Below are positions 36,926-47,911 of a stretch of DNA of 64,000 nucleotides, piece by piece; position 1 is the first letter of the stretch; each line of letters opens with the position of its first letter. Origin of the DNA: Curvularia clavata. Lineage: Eukaryota. The notes under the pieces are model-generated. The model did not search any database. It was not told the DNA's origin and was given only the letters and a program-made list of their open reading frames with translations. A program made the translations under genes and the position numbers. The stretch spans positions 3,286,001-3,350,000 of the forward strand of contig CP089277.1 of the NCBI GenBank assembly GCA_023920165.1, read 5' to 3'.

Positions 36926-38081
36926 TCAAACGACGCCTTGGATCAAATTCTTGATCCCGTCACCTCTTGATGTCTTTTCCCACGCTTCCGTTGCCTGTTC
37001 GAATGGAGTCACCGAACTAATCAAGGGCTTAACATCAATAAGCCCCTTGTCCAGCAACCCTATCGCCAACTCATAGTCTCCAGGCCCATACCGGAAACAT
37101 CCCCTGACCATGAGCTCTTTCTGCGACATTGCGACAATCGGAAACTCGATTTTTGGTTTCCCCAATCCAGTCTGGACATACTTTCCACCAGGCCGCAAAA
37201 CATGAATGCCCGTCTCAATGCTCGACGTAGCGCCCGAGGCCTCTATTACGGTGTCCACGCGGCCGCCAGTCGTGTCTGTCCCAGCCTCCGCAAGCCCAAA
37301 TGTTTCCAGCAGCCTCGCGGCATTCTCCTCAGCACTACTCTCCATCTCTGCTCTGAACGTCTCGCAGCCCAAATACCCCTTCGCAAACTCAAGTTTCTTC
37401 TCCAAAATATCCACAATGATGACTCGAAGCGCACCGAATTGCCTCGCCACCGCCGCACACATCAACCCTATCGTCCCACTACCCATGATCACAACCGTCT
37501 CTCCCGGCCGCACATCTGCCATCTTAGCCGCATGGACGCCGACTGCCAGCGGCTCTACCAGCACCGCTTCATCCAGGCCCATGGCTTCGGGGATCTTGTA
37601 CACAAAGTCCTCTGCAAGAACGTAGTACTTTGCCAACGTGCCCTGGGTATCTGGCGGACCCGGTGCAGCAGCAAACCGCATTCCGCGGCAGAGATTATAC
37701 GAACCAGACTTACAAGCTTGACACAGTCGGCATGGGGTCCCTGGCTCAATAGCAACACGGTCTCCAGCACGTACCCGCGTGACGCTTGCACCGACGGCGT
37801 GAATGGTGCCTGAGGCTTCGTGGCCCATGATGATGCCTGTGGCGGGATTGACCATTTTGCCGATGCCGCCATGGTGCCAGAAATGTACCTTGAGTGAGGA
37901 TGGCTTAGTCTACTGGTTTGCATGGGAATATGGGCATTGGGGGAAGACCAACATCGCTGCCGCAGACGCCGACGTAGTTGATGCGGATTATGACGTCGTG
38001 GGGATTGGATAACTCAGGTATAGGCCGCTCTTCTATCTTTGCGTTGTGAGGTCCGTAGAGGACTATTGAGGGGTTTTGCAT
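36926..38081 (-). CDS. Zn-dependent polyol dehydrogenase (xylitol/sorbitol dehydrogenase family); 2 exons
   Basis: GVCGSD-VHFW (intron 37889-37952), GHEASG, CRLCQACKSGSYNLC, GSGTIG and GCFRYG. Confidence 0.92.
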
Positions 38082-38277
38082 TTTGAGGTACAGAGGGTGG
38101 TAAAGGCTGGTGTTAATTGTAATGGTGGTGAATAATATTTTCTTTAAATTCGAGGTATTATTTATGCCTTTTGTGATCCAGATATGAAAAAAAATGCGTC
38201 ATCTTATGTATAGCCTGCTTACGAAACGTCTCGCTGAGATCAAGTCTCTCGTGTAGGGTATCGTTTCGATGCGGGGA

Positions 38278-38326
38278 TGTAAGCTTGGACATATACTTTC
38301 CGCGCACATAGGGTTCCCGCGCACCC
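38278..38326 (+). repeat. Left terminal inverted repeat of the transposon (partner at 40024-40072)
   Basis: TGTAAGCTTGGACATATACTTTCCGCGCACATAGGGTTCCCGCGCACCC matches the reverse complement of the right end except for one T/C. It contains an internal direct repeat CCGCGCAC. Confidence 0.95.
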
Positions 38327-38376
38327 ACACAAAGCAGCTATACTGGACAGAGTCGCGATTTTCTCAACAACAACAA

Positions 38377-39966
38377 TTATATTTGCCACTCATTACACAT
38401 AGAGCTAAGAGTAAGCGCTGCCGCTTCTGCTGCTGCTTTTTCAGCTTCTTTTTCAGTTGAAATAGTTGCCCGTTGTGCCTGTAGAGCTGCTGCTCGGTCA
38501 ATAGCAGCCTTAATACTTTCAACGTTACTAAAGCGTTCATTTGGGTTAACTTGAACTCGTTTTCTTACGCGAGTAATCTTGTAGCTATCTAGTTGATATC
38601 TAAGCTGTTGATTTTGAGCTTCAAGTTGGGCAGCTCTAGTATTTGCCTCCGCAATAGCCTTACCTGCTTTGCCAAGCACGAGCCGAGTGCTTCGCGAGAG
38701 AGATTCTGACAGTAGTAGCTGCTGTTGGGTCTTATGTAGAGCCTGTGAGCTCCGAGGGGTATTGAAGACTTGTTCTGGTAGTCCTTGGGCCTGACAGGCG
38801 GCTGGCGGAGTAACTGGTCGGCCAGTTATTTGAGACGAGAGCAGCACAATGTCTGGGTTGTATGGACAGAGCCCAGCAGCCCTCCAGCCAGCTCTAACAA
38901 CACGCTCTGATAGTCCTTCTGCTCTAGCTTTATTGTATGATACAACAAAGCGCTCTTTCTTTACTGGCGCTGCGTCAAGCGCTGAGAGAGCTTGAATCTG
39001 ATTACGATAGCGAGACTTAAGTACAGAGAAGGGAGCTAGGTCTAGCGGCTGCAGCAAGTGAGAGGCATGCGCAGGAAGATATAGTAGCTGGATCCTATTC
39101 ACCTTACAGAGCCACATGAAGTCGATAGGCGTGTGGGAGCCATGGCCGTCAAGAAGGAGTAGTCGATATCCACCACTTGTAGGCGTAGTATTTGGTATGA
39201 AAATCCGCTGTAGCCACTCAGATCCAATTAAATTCGACGTCCACCCATTCTCTGACGTAGTGTATAGCCAGTTTGGTGTACTAGTAGCTGGAAACCACGT
39301 AGTCTGAAGATGCTTGCCCTTGAAGATAACTAGGCACTGGAGCTTGGCGCCTGTGGCGGAGACGGTCTCAATAATTGACACCCACTCGCGATCCTCTGGA
39401 GACTTGACGTAAGCTTTCTTCTTTGAAGAGCTTGCAAGTACTCTAGCGTTCGTACATACCCCTAGCACGACTCCAGTCTCGTCCATATTCCATATATCTT
39501 CATACTGTATGCCTAGCTCTATACGCGTACGCTCAAATAGCTCAAGAAAGGCTTTAACAGTCTCATAGTTGGCACCAGTAGTACGCGCGCTCTCGATCTT
39601 TCGGCCAACTATTGATGCGACGCGTGGGTTACGTGCAATAAAATAGGGTACCCAAAGCTGTCCAAGTGGCTTGTAGTCACTATTCATATGCAGAATTCGA
39701 GTGGCCATTTCTCGTACGCGTAGATGGGACGGGGGTTGTGCGCGTGAGTCCTCATCAAGTATCCAATCTACTAGAAAGGTCTCTTGTTCTGGCGTTAATC
39801 GCTGCTGTTGTTGATGAGCTGTTGCGTGTGGTTGTTGACCTTGCTGCCGACCGCGTATTGTAGATTCAGAGATGCCGTACCACTTAGCAGCCTTACGCCG
39901 GCTTGTAAAAACACCTGAATTGAGATCTGCGATAGCATTTTGTATAGCAAGCTCTTTGGGATCCAT
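38377..39966 (-). CDS. Fot1/pogo DDE transposase, 529 aa, uninterrupted
   Basis: N-terminal HTH (SRRKAAKWYGISESTIRGR), a CENP-B-like HTH, and catalytic motifs WNMDETG, LLLDGHGSH and HLLQPLD. Confidence 0.95.
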   Translation of the reverse strand: MDPKELAIQNAIADLNSGVFTSRRKAAKWYGISESTIRGRQQGQQPHATAHQQQQRLTPEQETFLVDWILDEDSRAQPPSHLRVREMATRILHMNSDYKPLGQLWVPYFIARNPRVASIVGRKIESARTTGANYETVKAFLELFERTRIELGIQYEDIWNMDETGVVLGVCTNARVLASSSKKKAYVKSPEDREWVSIIETVSATGAKLQCLVIFKGKHLQTTWFPATSTPNWLYTTSENGWTSNLIGSEWLQRIFIPNTTPTSGGYRLLLLDGHGSHTPIDFMWLCKVNRIQLLYLPAHASHLLQPLDLAPFSVLKSRYRNQIQALSALDAAPVKKERFVVSYNKARAEGLSERVVRAGWRAAGLCPYNPDIVLLSSQITGRPVTPPAACQAQGLPEQVFNTPRSSQALHKTQQQLLLSESLSRSTRLVLGKAGKAIAEANTRAAQLEAQNQQLRYQLDSYKITRVRKRVQVNPNERFSNVESIKAAIDRAAALQAQRATISTEKEAEKAAAEAAALTLSSMCNEWQI

Positions 39967-40873
39967 TTTAGTCTCGTGGTGTTGATATCACAAGCGTTGC
40001 AAGTGAAGCAACGCGTTGTGGTGGGGTGCGCGGGAACCCTATGTGCGCGGAAAGTATATGTCCGAGCTTACAGTAGACGCGTGTAGCTTCCCCGCACTAG
40101 GTAGACGTCAACAAATCCATCTCCACATATGGCCCAATCATGCAATATATGTAGTTATACAGTTTCGGTAATTCTTATGCATGTAGCGTGCTCCATTCGC
40201 CGTTGCTACTTGAAAACATGTCAGAAATAACGGGAAAGGGGGCCCGCTTCCATGCCCAGCGCCCAAGCTTCTCTGTCTTGACAAACAAGCTGGTTTTGGA
40301 CGGAAGCCCAAATGTTGAAGACCCGCCTGATTGGCTGGATGAAGGGCATGTTTGTTGATGTTCAATGTAAGGACGTGTCGTTTTTGCTTATGTTTGTATG
40401 TATGGAGTACAGCCTTTCGATTGGCGACGCAAAGAAGTATCATCTCGGGAGTGATGGATCACATCAAGTATCGTGAAAGAACTTTGAAGGAACCTGCTAT
40501 CAGTAACGAACTAAGTACCTGAGTCTGGGCAATCCTTTTTAACATTCAAGACCTTACACCATCAGCACCTAGGTATAGTACTGAGAACCCAGGTAGCTCT
40601 GCGCATTTTAGCAATCTGTATTAAAGTCATGTAACGACGTTACTCTGCCTCCTTACATGAAAACTTTAGGGCGTGATTGTCGACTACAAGCAAGCTGTTG
40701 CTGGCCGTATCTGTCACTTTCCTGTTTACTAAAGATATGTATATATACCCCAATCTTCCCACAGAGCTTCTTATGCCCCGCCTGTTTACCAAGATCGCTA
40801 AAGACATACTTCCAAACCCGAAGCAGACTGAACAACATTGTACTTGCTCTCTCCATCCACTTAGACCACCATC

Positions 40874-41632
40874 ATGAGTGAAACAGCCCTCAAATGCTCC
40901 GCATGTGGCAAGACAGCCACCGACAAAGGTGTTGTTACGCTGAATCGATGCTCGAGATGCAAGAAAACCATATATTGTAACCGAGACTGCCAGAAAGCCG
41001 ATTGGAAAACGCACAAGAAGATTTGTGCCCAGCAAGCGAATGCCGGCACCGCCAAGTCCAATTCGACCAGTAGCAACAGTCACTTCGCACCTGCTCTCAA
41101 CGACCTTGAGCAGCACGTACCTAATCCCTTCACACGCCTCGATCAAGGAAAGTACCTACATGACCATCCGAAGTTAGATGTTTTCAAACTGCTCATCGAC
41201 TCCTTCCGTTTGCTCCAGGAGGATGACCTGCAGTTCGACCTCAAAGTTACCCTCGAAAGCGTCTGCACTGGTGCTGCATCGAGCATTGAGCCTTTCAAGA
41301 AGTATCTCACCTTAGCAGCGACTCGACCTGGCCTGCTACCTCCGTGGTGGACACCCGAAACGCAGCGCGAGTGTGAGGAGTTTGGCGAGAGCGGGGCTTG
41401 GAATAGCCTGCACAAGATAGTTACAAAGGCAGAAGTGATTGCGCATTATGGCGGTAGCCTGGTTCCCGTGCAGCTAAGGATGTTGGCAGATGCGATTGTT
41501 GGTATGGGAACCATGGGCCGGGATGGTACTGCGATGCGCAAGATGATGTGTGAGGTAGAGTCTGGCGGACCCGAAGAGGGAATTTGCACGGTGGTATTGA
41601 GTATGAATCTAGGATTTGATGGAAGGCACTGA
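40874..41632 (+). CDS. MYND-type zinc-finger protein
   Basis: CSACGK...RCSRCKKTIYCNRDCQKADWKTHKKIC, followed by the conserved fungal PFTRL...LLIDSFRL...LLPPWW region. Confidence 0.88.
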   Translation: MSETALKCSACGKTATDKGVVTLNRCSRCKKTIYCNRDCQKADWKTHKKICAQQANAGTAKSNSTSSNSHFAPALNDLEQHVPNPFTRLDQGKYLHDHPKLDVFKLLIDSFRLLQEDDLQFDLKVTLESVCTGAASSIEPFKKYLTLAATRPGLLPPWWTPETQRECEEFGESGAWNSLHKIVTKAEVIAHYGGSLVPVQLRMLADAIVGMGTMGRDGTAMRKMMCEVESGGPEEGICTVVLSMNLGFDGRH

Positions 41633-42288
41633 GTGGGGAGGCGCTGTGTTGATGCTGATCATTCGTTGCGGTAACAATGAGCTATTCGGACTTGTCATTC
41701 GCCATAGCTTGCAAACCAATACGAGCAGAAAGATCGACGTATTTTTTTTGTCGAGTCCCTGTAAGGTTAGCTTATTGGTAAATGGAATGTACTCTAGGTT
41801 GTCAGAGTCAAAATCACGAAGCAGTGAACTTCAATATTCGAATCATGTCAATCCCAACTCCATTAACACCTAAATTACGCTACACTATTACGGCCGTCTT
41901 ACCATATATACTGACGGTGTTTTGCAACCGAAATTAAGATAGAAAGAAGCAAGGAAGCAAAGAAAGAAAGACACATCCTGCAACTTGTCCTCAACTATCC
42001 GAAATTAAATATATCAGGAGATTAAGTGGGTATCAATATATACATCCAAATATCAATGCCACTTGGCCAGTTCCACCACTCGAAGTGTAAAAAAGGGACA
42101 GAGGAAGAGAGAAAAATGGCCAAGCCAAACTATAAAACGACGTCCCGAAAAGGCAAATGGCTGACAAACGAAAGAGCGTAATGACGTTAATGAGTGTATG
42201 CAAACGCAAAACATACAAGAGAACAAGAGAATGAGCAGACCACAGAAGGATGCAAATGCAAGATAAATGGATCGGCCACATGCAGTCT

Positions 42289-45200
42289 TCAAAGGTTATC
42301 CAACATGTTGCTCACCTTGAGCCAGTCACTAAACTCGCTATCAGCCCTATCCTCCTCAGTGTTGAAGCTGCTCCGATTCAACTTCTCATTGACCAGATCC
42401 AAGTCCAAGATCTCGCTTTTACCCTTGCTCATGCGCTGGCTGAGACTGCTATCTACGCGGGGCGCTGACAGCCGGTTCTGGATTGCGGCGGATGAAACAG
42501 GTACTCTTGGGCGCTGAGGGGCGGCGGGTGAGGCGGAAAAGTCTTTCTTGAAGAAGTCAGGGCTTTGGAGGATGTTGGGGGTACTTGGGGATGGCGGGTT
42601 GGAGGATAGGTTGGTAAGGTTGGTAGTGGAGCCGCGGCGGAAGGGAGCGTTGATGCGCATGCTGAGGAGAGTGGAGTGTTTTGGCTTTGAGGCGGGGTCA
42701 GAATCACCGGAGAAAATGGCGGACTTATTTTTGGTGAAGAAGAAGGACGACTTGCGGAAAAGCGATATGGATCGGTGCTTGCGGAGTGTTGGCGATGTTG
42801 GCTCGACCGTTACGGCGGGCTCTACTTTATCCTTGGATAGAGCTTGGATTCCAATTTGGGGCTGAGGCTTAACTTGGACCTCTTTCGCAATGATCGGAAG
42901 GTCCTGCACCTTGTCCTGAGCCTCCTTTTCTTCTTTCAATAGCTTCTCCTTCTCTTCTTGCTCCTTTTGTAGTTGCATCTTGATCCGTTCTTGCTCCCTC
43001 GTGGCTTCGCGTGCCGCTTTCTCGTTTGCTTGTATCGGTACCACATTTCTCTCACTACTGTCTTTCCTCACTTCAGCGTCAAACGTGCTCGTTTCGGTCT
43101 GAGCCTTCTTCATTTCGACTTCTCTGACTCGTTTTGTTGTTGCTTCGCTGCCCCTAAGCATCCCTTCAATCTCCCTCTTCTCCTTTTCCTCCAGACCGTC
43201 GCGTAAACAACCCAGAGGTGTAAGGTCTTTTGTATTCTTCACATCTACCTTCGCACCGGCACGTACCAGAGAAGCAATGACCTTCTCACTACCCCCCATC
43301 GCGGCCACATGCAAGGGAGTATTCTTTTCGGAGTCAGCCACGTCCAACTCTGCACCTCGGCCGATCAAGACGTCGATCATCTCCCAATCTCCACTTTCGG
43401 CAGCCAAGTATATTGGTGTTCGTCCGATGTCATCGACACAGTTCATATCGCCTTGCTCGAGTAACAGCTCTTCGATAGCATCGACGCGGCGCGCCTTCAC
43501 TGCACAGTGCAGCGGGAAGCGACCCTTGTAGAAACCAGAAGCAAGGCTAGGCTTCGCCTCTCTTGCGAGGAGCAGTCTGATGACTTCGATGTCGATCCTC
43601 GGGCATTCTTCCAGGAGGAAGGTGAGAGGATGAATGGTAAAGCGGGGTGTTTCTGTGAAGCCCTGTTGTGGACACGGCCAGGAAGAACGTTTTGCATGTC
43701 TGCTGCTGCTCGCATTGGGATCGGCACCGGCATTCAACACCACCTTCAGGACCTGGATAAGGTACTCTGGCGCCAATGGAGGTATCATAGGGATATGCCT
43801 CAGGATAGCCCATAGCAGGGATTTTCCCAGCGTCGAGTTAGGCAGATTGTTGACTTCTAGACCCATGGAAATCATCAGCTCGATATCGCGGACCGGAAAC
43901 AATGTTGTAAATGCCGAAACGTGATCATCTGGAATTCGAGGCTGCTCCCGAAGCAAATTGGTACGACGAACCCATTCGTGTTCGGCGAACGACTTCAGAA
44001 TCTGCTTGTTGGCTTCCTTTGACGACTGCAGCCTATGGGTGCTTGGGATCCATTCTTCAAACTTGAATGTAGCACCATTTTTCAGCAACGCGTCTACGAA
44101 CGTAGCTTTGCCCATAGTTGCAGCGTAGAACAGCGCATCCCGTTTCGTGTGATCTTCATGATTAACGAAGTTCCATCTCGCCTTTGCTCCCGCCCTTTGT
44201 ACCAGGAGTGCCTCGATCACGGGCAAACCTTCTTCCGGAAGTGTCTTGACAGCTAGGATAAGTGGTGTAGCACCGGATCGATCGCGTATACTTCTGCTTA
44301 CACCGCGTTCGCAGAATGATGCAGTAGCAGCAGCCACATCATTCCAAGTTGCCGGGGACTTGGGAGAACTTCGGACAACGTGGTGCAGCGCACTGTAGCC
44401 GTTCACGTCCCATGCGTTGACACTAGGTGTGGTGGTGAATACCGGTACAACAGACCACTGGTGGTGCTTGACGGCAAGAAGAAGTGGCGAGTTCTTGTTC
44501 GTGTCAACCACTGTGGGATCTGCTCGAGCTCGCAATAAGAACCTTGCGGTTTTTTCTAGTCCGTTTATAGCTGCGAGATGAAGAGCCGTGTGTCCTTGCG
44601 CGTTCGTCTTGCGCAAATCGGATACCCTGATCAATGATTCCAGTATCGGTTCGTTTTCCTTCTTGCAATGTGTCGTGGCAAACAACAGGGGAGCCAGTCC
44701 GTTCGCGTTGGGTTGATGGGGATTTGCTTTGTTTTTAAGTAGCAGGTCGAGACAGGACCTGCTGTGGATCGCATAATGAAGCGCTGTGTTGCCTTCGCTG
44801 TCTTGTGTAGTGACCTGGACACCTGCCTCGACTAGCAACTGCGAAACCTTGACATTGCCAAAGGGCTGAGAAACAGCGCGATGAAGTAGCGTCTTCCCAT
44901 CAGGGTACATAACTTTCGCATCCGCGCCCTCTTCCAGCAAAGCCTTGAAAATAACTTCAAACGCGTCCTTCTCTTTCGCCAGTGGGCATTCGAACGCAGC
45001 CTGTAGCACGTTCAGACCCTTCTCGTCACGTACCGAGAGATCAGGATTGCGCTTGAGAATCGCTTCGATGACCGCTACGTCCGCACATGCCAAAGCCACG
45101 AAAATTGGTCGTTGTCCTCGGGCGGTTTGGCGGTCGGGATCGGAGCCCTTCTCCAGGAACATCTCCACCAAAAGCACGTCATTTCTCCTGATGGCTTCCA

Positions 45201-46041
45201 CAAGCACGTTCGATTCAGGATCACAGGCTGCGACGAAGATGTCTGCAATAAGATCGTTGCCAATGGAGAAACGGCCCTGCGTCTTTTGCACATGCTTCAA
45301 GAGCAATTCCTTCTCTTTGACTAGCTCGTTGCGTTTACCGTTGGCTGCGTTGATGATGGCGACGGCTCCATTGATATTATTAGCTTTCAAGGCTGCTTCG
45401 GCTGGTGTTTGGACACTGGAGTTGAGTGCGTTGTAGCTGGCTCCGTGCTTGAGCAAGGTCATAACGACTGCCAACGAGCCCGACTTGGCTGCTGCGTAGT
45501 GAAGAGCTGTTTCGCCCGTTCCTTGCGTCTTGACTTCCAGATTCGGTCCGTATGCTAGGATCAGTTCCATCAGGTCGACTCGCCCATTCTTGACAGCAAT
45601 GTGTAGCGCTGTTTCTCCTCCGTCCTTGGTAGTGGCGTTGATGTTTGCACCGGCGTCGAGAAGAATTTTGGCTATCTCAACGTATCCATTTGCAATAGCA
45701 ATGCACAGCGGTGGTTGTCCAATATCAGTGACATCGTCTGGCGACGCACCCGCTCGAAGAAAGTGTGACAAGGCTGCCTCACGCTGATGATAGACGGAAT
45801 AGAATATAGGAGTCCATTCCTTGGATGGTTTGAAATCCCCAGTCCTCTCTGGTCCATCTCCAGACTTTCCAAATTTACATCTCAAAACCTCGACCGACGT
45901 TTGGAGCGCCGAGCCTTTACGCCTAAGCGTAGACGTGCGAGGACTCTTCTCCAAATCGACATCAATCTGTCGTAACATCGTGGGCTCCGAGTCACTCGAA
46001 TTGGCCGAGGAGAGACAGGTGCTGCGTGAGTTAGTCGACAT
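42289..46041 (-). CDS. Long ankyrin-repeat protein (1250 aa) with a coiled-coil, low-complexity C-terminus
   Basis: Many ankyrin motifs (GETALHIA, GETALHYAA, GKTLLHRA, GNTALHYA, GHTALHLAA, GRTPIYLAA, NTPLHVAA). Intronless ORF. Confidence 0.92.
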   Translation of the reverse strand: MSTNSRSTCLSSANSSDSEPTMLRQIDVDLEKSPRTSTLRRKGSALQTSVEVLRCKFGKSGDGPERTGDFKPSKEWTPIFYSVYHQREAALSHFLRAGASPDDVTDIGQPPLCIAIANGYVEIAKILLDAGANINATTKDGGETALHIAVKNGRVDLMELILAYGPNLEVKTQGTGETALHYAAAKSGSLAVVMTLLKHGASYNALNSSVQTPAEAALKANNINGAVAIINAANGKRNELVKEKELLLKHVQKTQGRFSIGNDLIADIFVAACDPESNVLVEAIRRNDVLLVEMFLEKGSDPDRQTARGQRPIFVALACADVAVIEAILKRNPDLSVRDEKGLNVLQAAFECPLAKEKDAFEVIFKALLEEGADAKVMYPDGKTLLHRAVSQPFGNVKVSQLLVEAGVQVTTQDSEGNTALHYAIHSRSCLDLLLKNKANPHQPNANGLAPLLFATTHCKKENEPILESLIRVSDLRKTNAQGHTALHLAAINGLEKTARFLLRARADPTVVDTNKNSPLLLAVKHHQWSVVPVFTTTPSVNAWDVNGYSALHHVVRSSPKSPATWNDVAAATASFCERGVSRSIRDRSGATPLILAVKTLPEEGLPVIEALLVQRAGAKARWNFVNHEDHTKRDALFYAATMGKATFVDALLKNGATFKFEEWIPSTHRLQSSKEANKQILKSFAEHEWVRRTNLLREQPRIPDDHVSAFTTLFPVRDIELMISMGLEVNNLPNSTLGKSLLWAILRHIPMIPPLAPEYLIQVLKVVLNAGADPNASSSRHAKRSSWPCPQQGFTETPRFTIHPLTFLLEECPRIDIEVIRLLLAREAKPSLASGFYKGRFPLHCAVKARRVDAIEELLLEQGDMNCVDDIGRTPIYLAAESGDWEMIDVLIGRGAELDVADSEKNTPLHVAAMGGSEKVIASLVRAGAKVDVKNTKDLTPLGCLRDGLEEKEKREIEGMLRGSEATTKRVREVEMKKAQTETSTFDAEVRKDSSERNVVPIQANEKAAREATREQERIKMQLQKEQEEKEKLLKEEKEAQDKVQDLPIIAKEVQVKPQPQIGIQALSKDKVEPAVTVEPTSPTLRKHRSISLFRKSSFFFTKNKSAIFSGDSDPASKPKHSTLLSMRINAPFRRGSTTNLTNLSSNPPSPSTPNILQSPDFFKKDFSASPAAPQRPRVPVSSAAIQNRLSAPRVDSSLSQRMSKGKSEILDLDLVNEKLNRSSFNTEEDRADSEFSDWLKVSNMLDNL

Positions 46042-47911
46042 TTTCTTGGATAGACACCAAGGTCTAGTAAACCTGGAGAAGCAGACTGGTCAAAAGGGAA
46101 GGAACAAGCTTACCATATATCCGGTGAGTAGGAGGGGCTGGGAGCACAGAGGGTGAAGAGACTCGCCTCAGCCGCAGCAAAGACAAGTTCAACCACGGGA
46201 GATTGACATGTACATACGTTTCACCGGCGTCTCCTCTCGGGCGCCCGATCGGGAAAGCGGACGAGTGGCGCTACACGAATCAAGAGAATCTTTGCGCCCT
46301 GTTCAGCTTGCTTGCCGCTAGACAGTGCGACCTACTTACCAATCACAACTGACTTTTTGTGGCTCGAAGCTTGTTGTGCTCTAGCCGCTCACCGAAAGCG
46401 GCGGCACTGCAGTGTCTGGCCCAGCTGTCGATAGAATACGACTCGCGCAGCCACGGAGGGCACGTTGACAGCCATTGCCACGATGCACCCCCCCTCCTGC
46501 GTATCTTTTTTGTCAATCTGCCACAGAAGCAACCCCAAAGTCACTGTATACGGCCTACAGGGCCCCCACGCGAGAAGATCTGATGTGTGATACGCTGCGC
46601 AGCCAGCGCTCCTTGCGCCTCGGACGCTATGTACGGGTTGTCAACATTTTCGGCCTTGAGGCGCCTCAGACCGTCCCCCGGCTCTTCCTGAGGCTCATTC
46701 CACGGTAACTATCAATCTGGGGTCTAGATGGGAAAAAGTAACGAAAGAAAACAAATCGGGATGCGCGATACCGCCCCCACCCGCACAACTACTGCACTCT
46801 TTACGGAGCATTCCACACTCAAACATCAAATAACAAGAAAATGCATTTCCACAGCTTGTCGAAAACAATAACTAGAAGGGATAGCCGCCGATCTCTCGAA
46901 CCCGACGCTGTACAGGCTGTGCGATCTTCGCTCAGAGACCCACGTGTTTGTATATTACTTGACATCACTTAGTCCAGGGGGGTTGGGTCATGTTTTTCAG
47001 GGGTTCGCCGTAGAGTGGCGCCAAGCGCAATGGCGCCTCAAGCTACCGTAACTCAAATATCTCCACAAACATTGCGTCTTCGCCTGTCCCGCTTGTTGGT
47101 GCGGGACTGGAAAAGCACTATAGAAGCCGGCAGATCTGTGAGAAGAAACACGGAGCACGAGTGCCAAGAGTGATAAGACAGGTATATGATCCTCTTCTTC
47201 ATCTTTAGTCATTGACGCACCGTCTTTTTCTTTCCACGTCACTTTCTTTACATCAGACCACAAGGAGGAGCGTGCGGGAGGGAATCGCGGGGACAGTTCA
47301 TTGTCGGTGTTTGTTGGGGGTACGCATAGTTCGTCCTTGTCTCTTCCCCCGTTTCGTTCCATGTTTTGTGTATTATGCTGGGTAGATATTGAGTTCAACG
47401 AAAATTTTTGCATAACCACATAGGCGTTGCTGAGTAAACTTACTCATATCCAACTTTGAGTACATCACTGCCTGACAACAAGTGCGGAAGTGCTTCGTCC
47501 CAGGTGGAGGGGGCGGTAGGTAGATCAACCATGATCCCGTGGTCTGGATAAATTAGGCTTTTTCAAGCCTCACGAAAAAAAGAACGAGCAGGTGGAAGCC
47601 CGATTTGGACGGCGTGGCGCAGATGAGAGTACTTTTTTTCGTTTCATGTATTCTAAATCACTAAGGCCAAGCAAAAAACGAGCGTGATGGCAACGCAATC
47701 AGCTTTGCGCACCAAGATAACCATGCCATCTGTTACAGTCTGTTTCCTCCTCTTCCCATCATCCTGATTCCTGTCTGTCAATAACAATTTCGTCTTGCAC
47801 AACACACCATGTATCAGTTACGCGATAGCGCATAGCTTGTTAGGCCGCTAGTCAGAGTTTTTGCACACCCAATACTCTTTCTAGTGAGCACACTAAACGA
47901 CACGCCATCTC

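Larger units (their letters stand above)
38278..40073 (-). mobile_element. pogo/Fot1-type (Tc1/mariner superfamily) DNA transposon, ~1.8 kb
   Basis: 49-bp terminal inverted repeats at 38278-38326 and 40024-40072 with one mismatch. The right end reads ...GCTTACAG followed by TA. The element encloses an intact transposase ORF. Confidence 0.95.
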
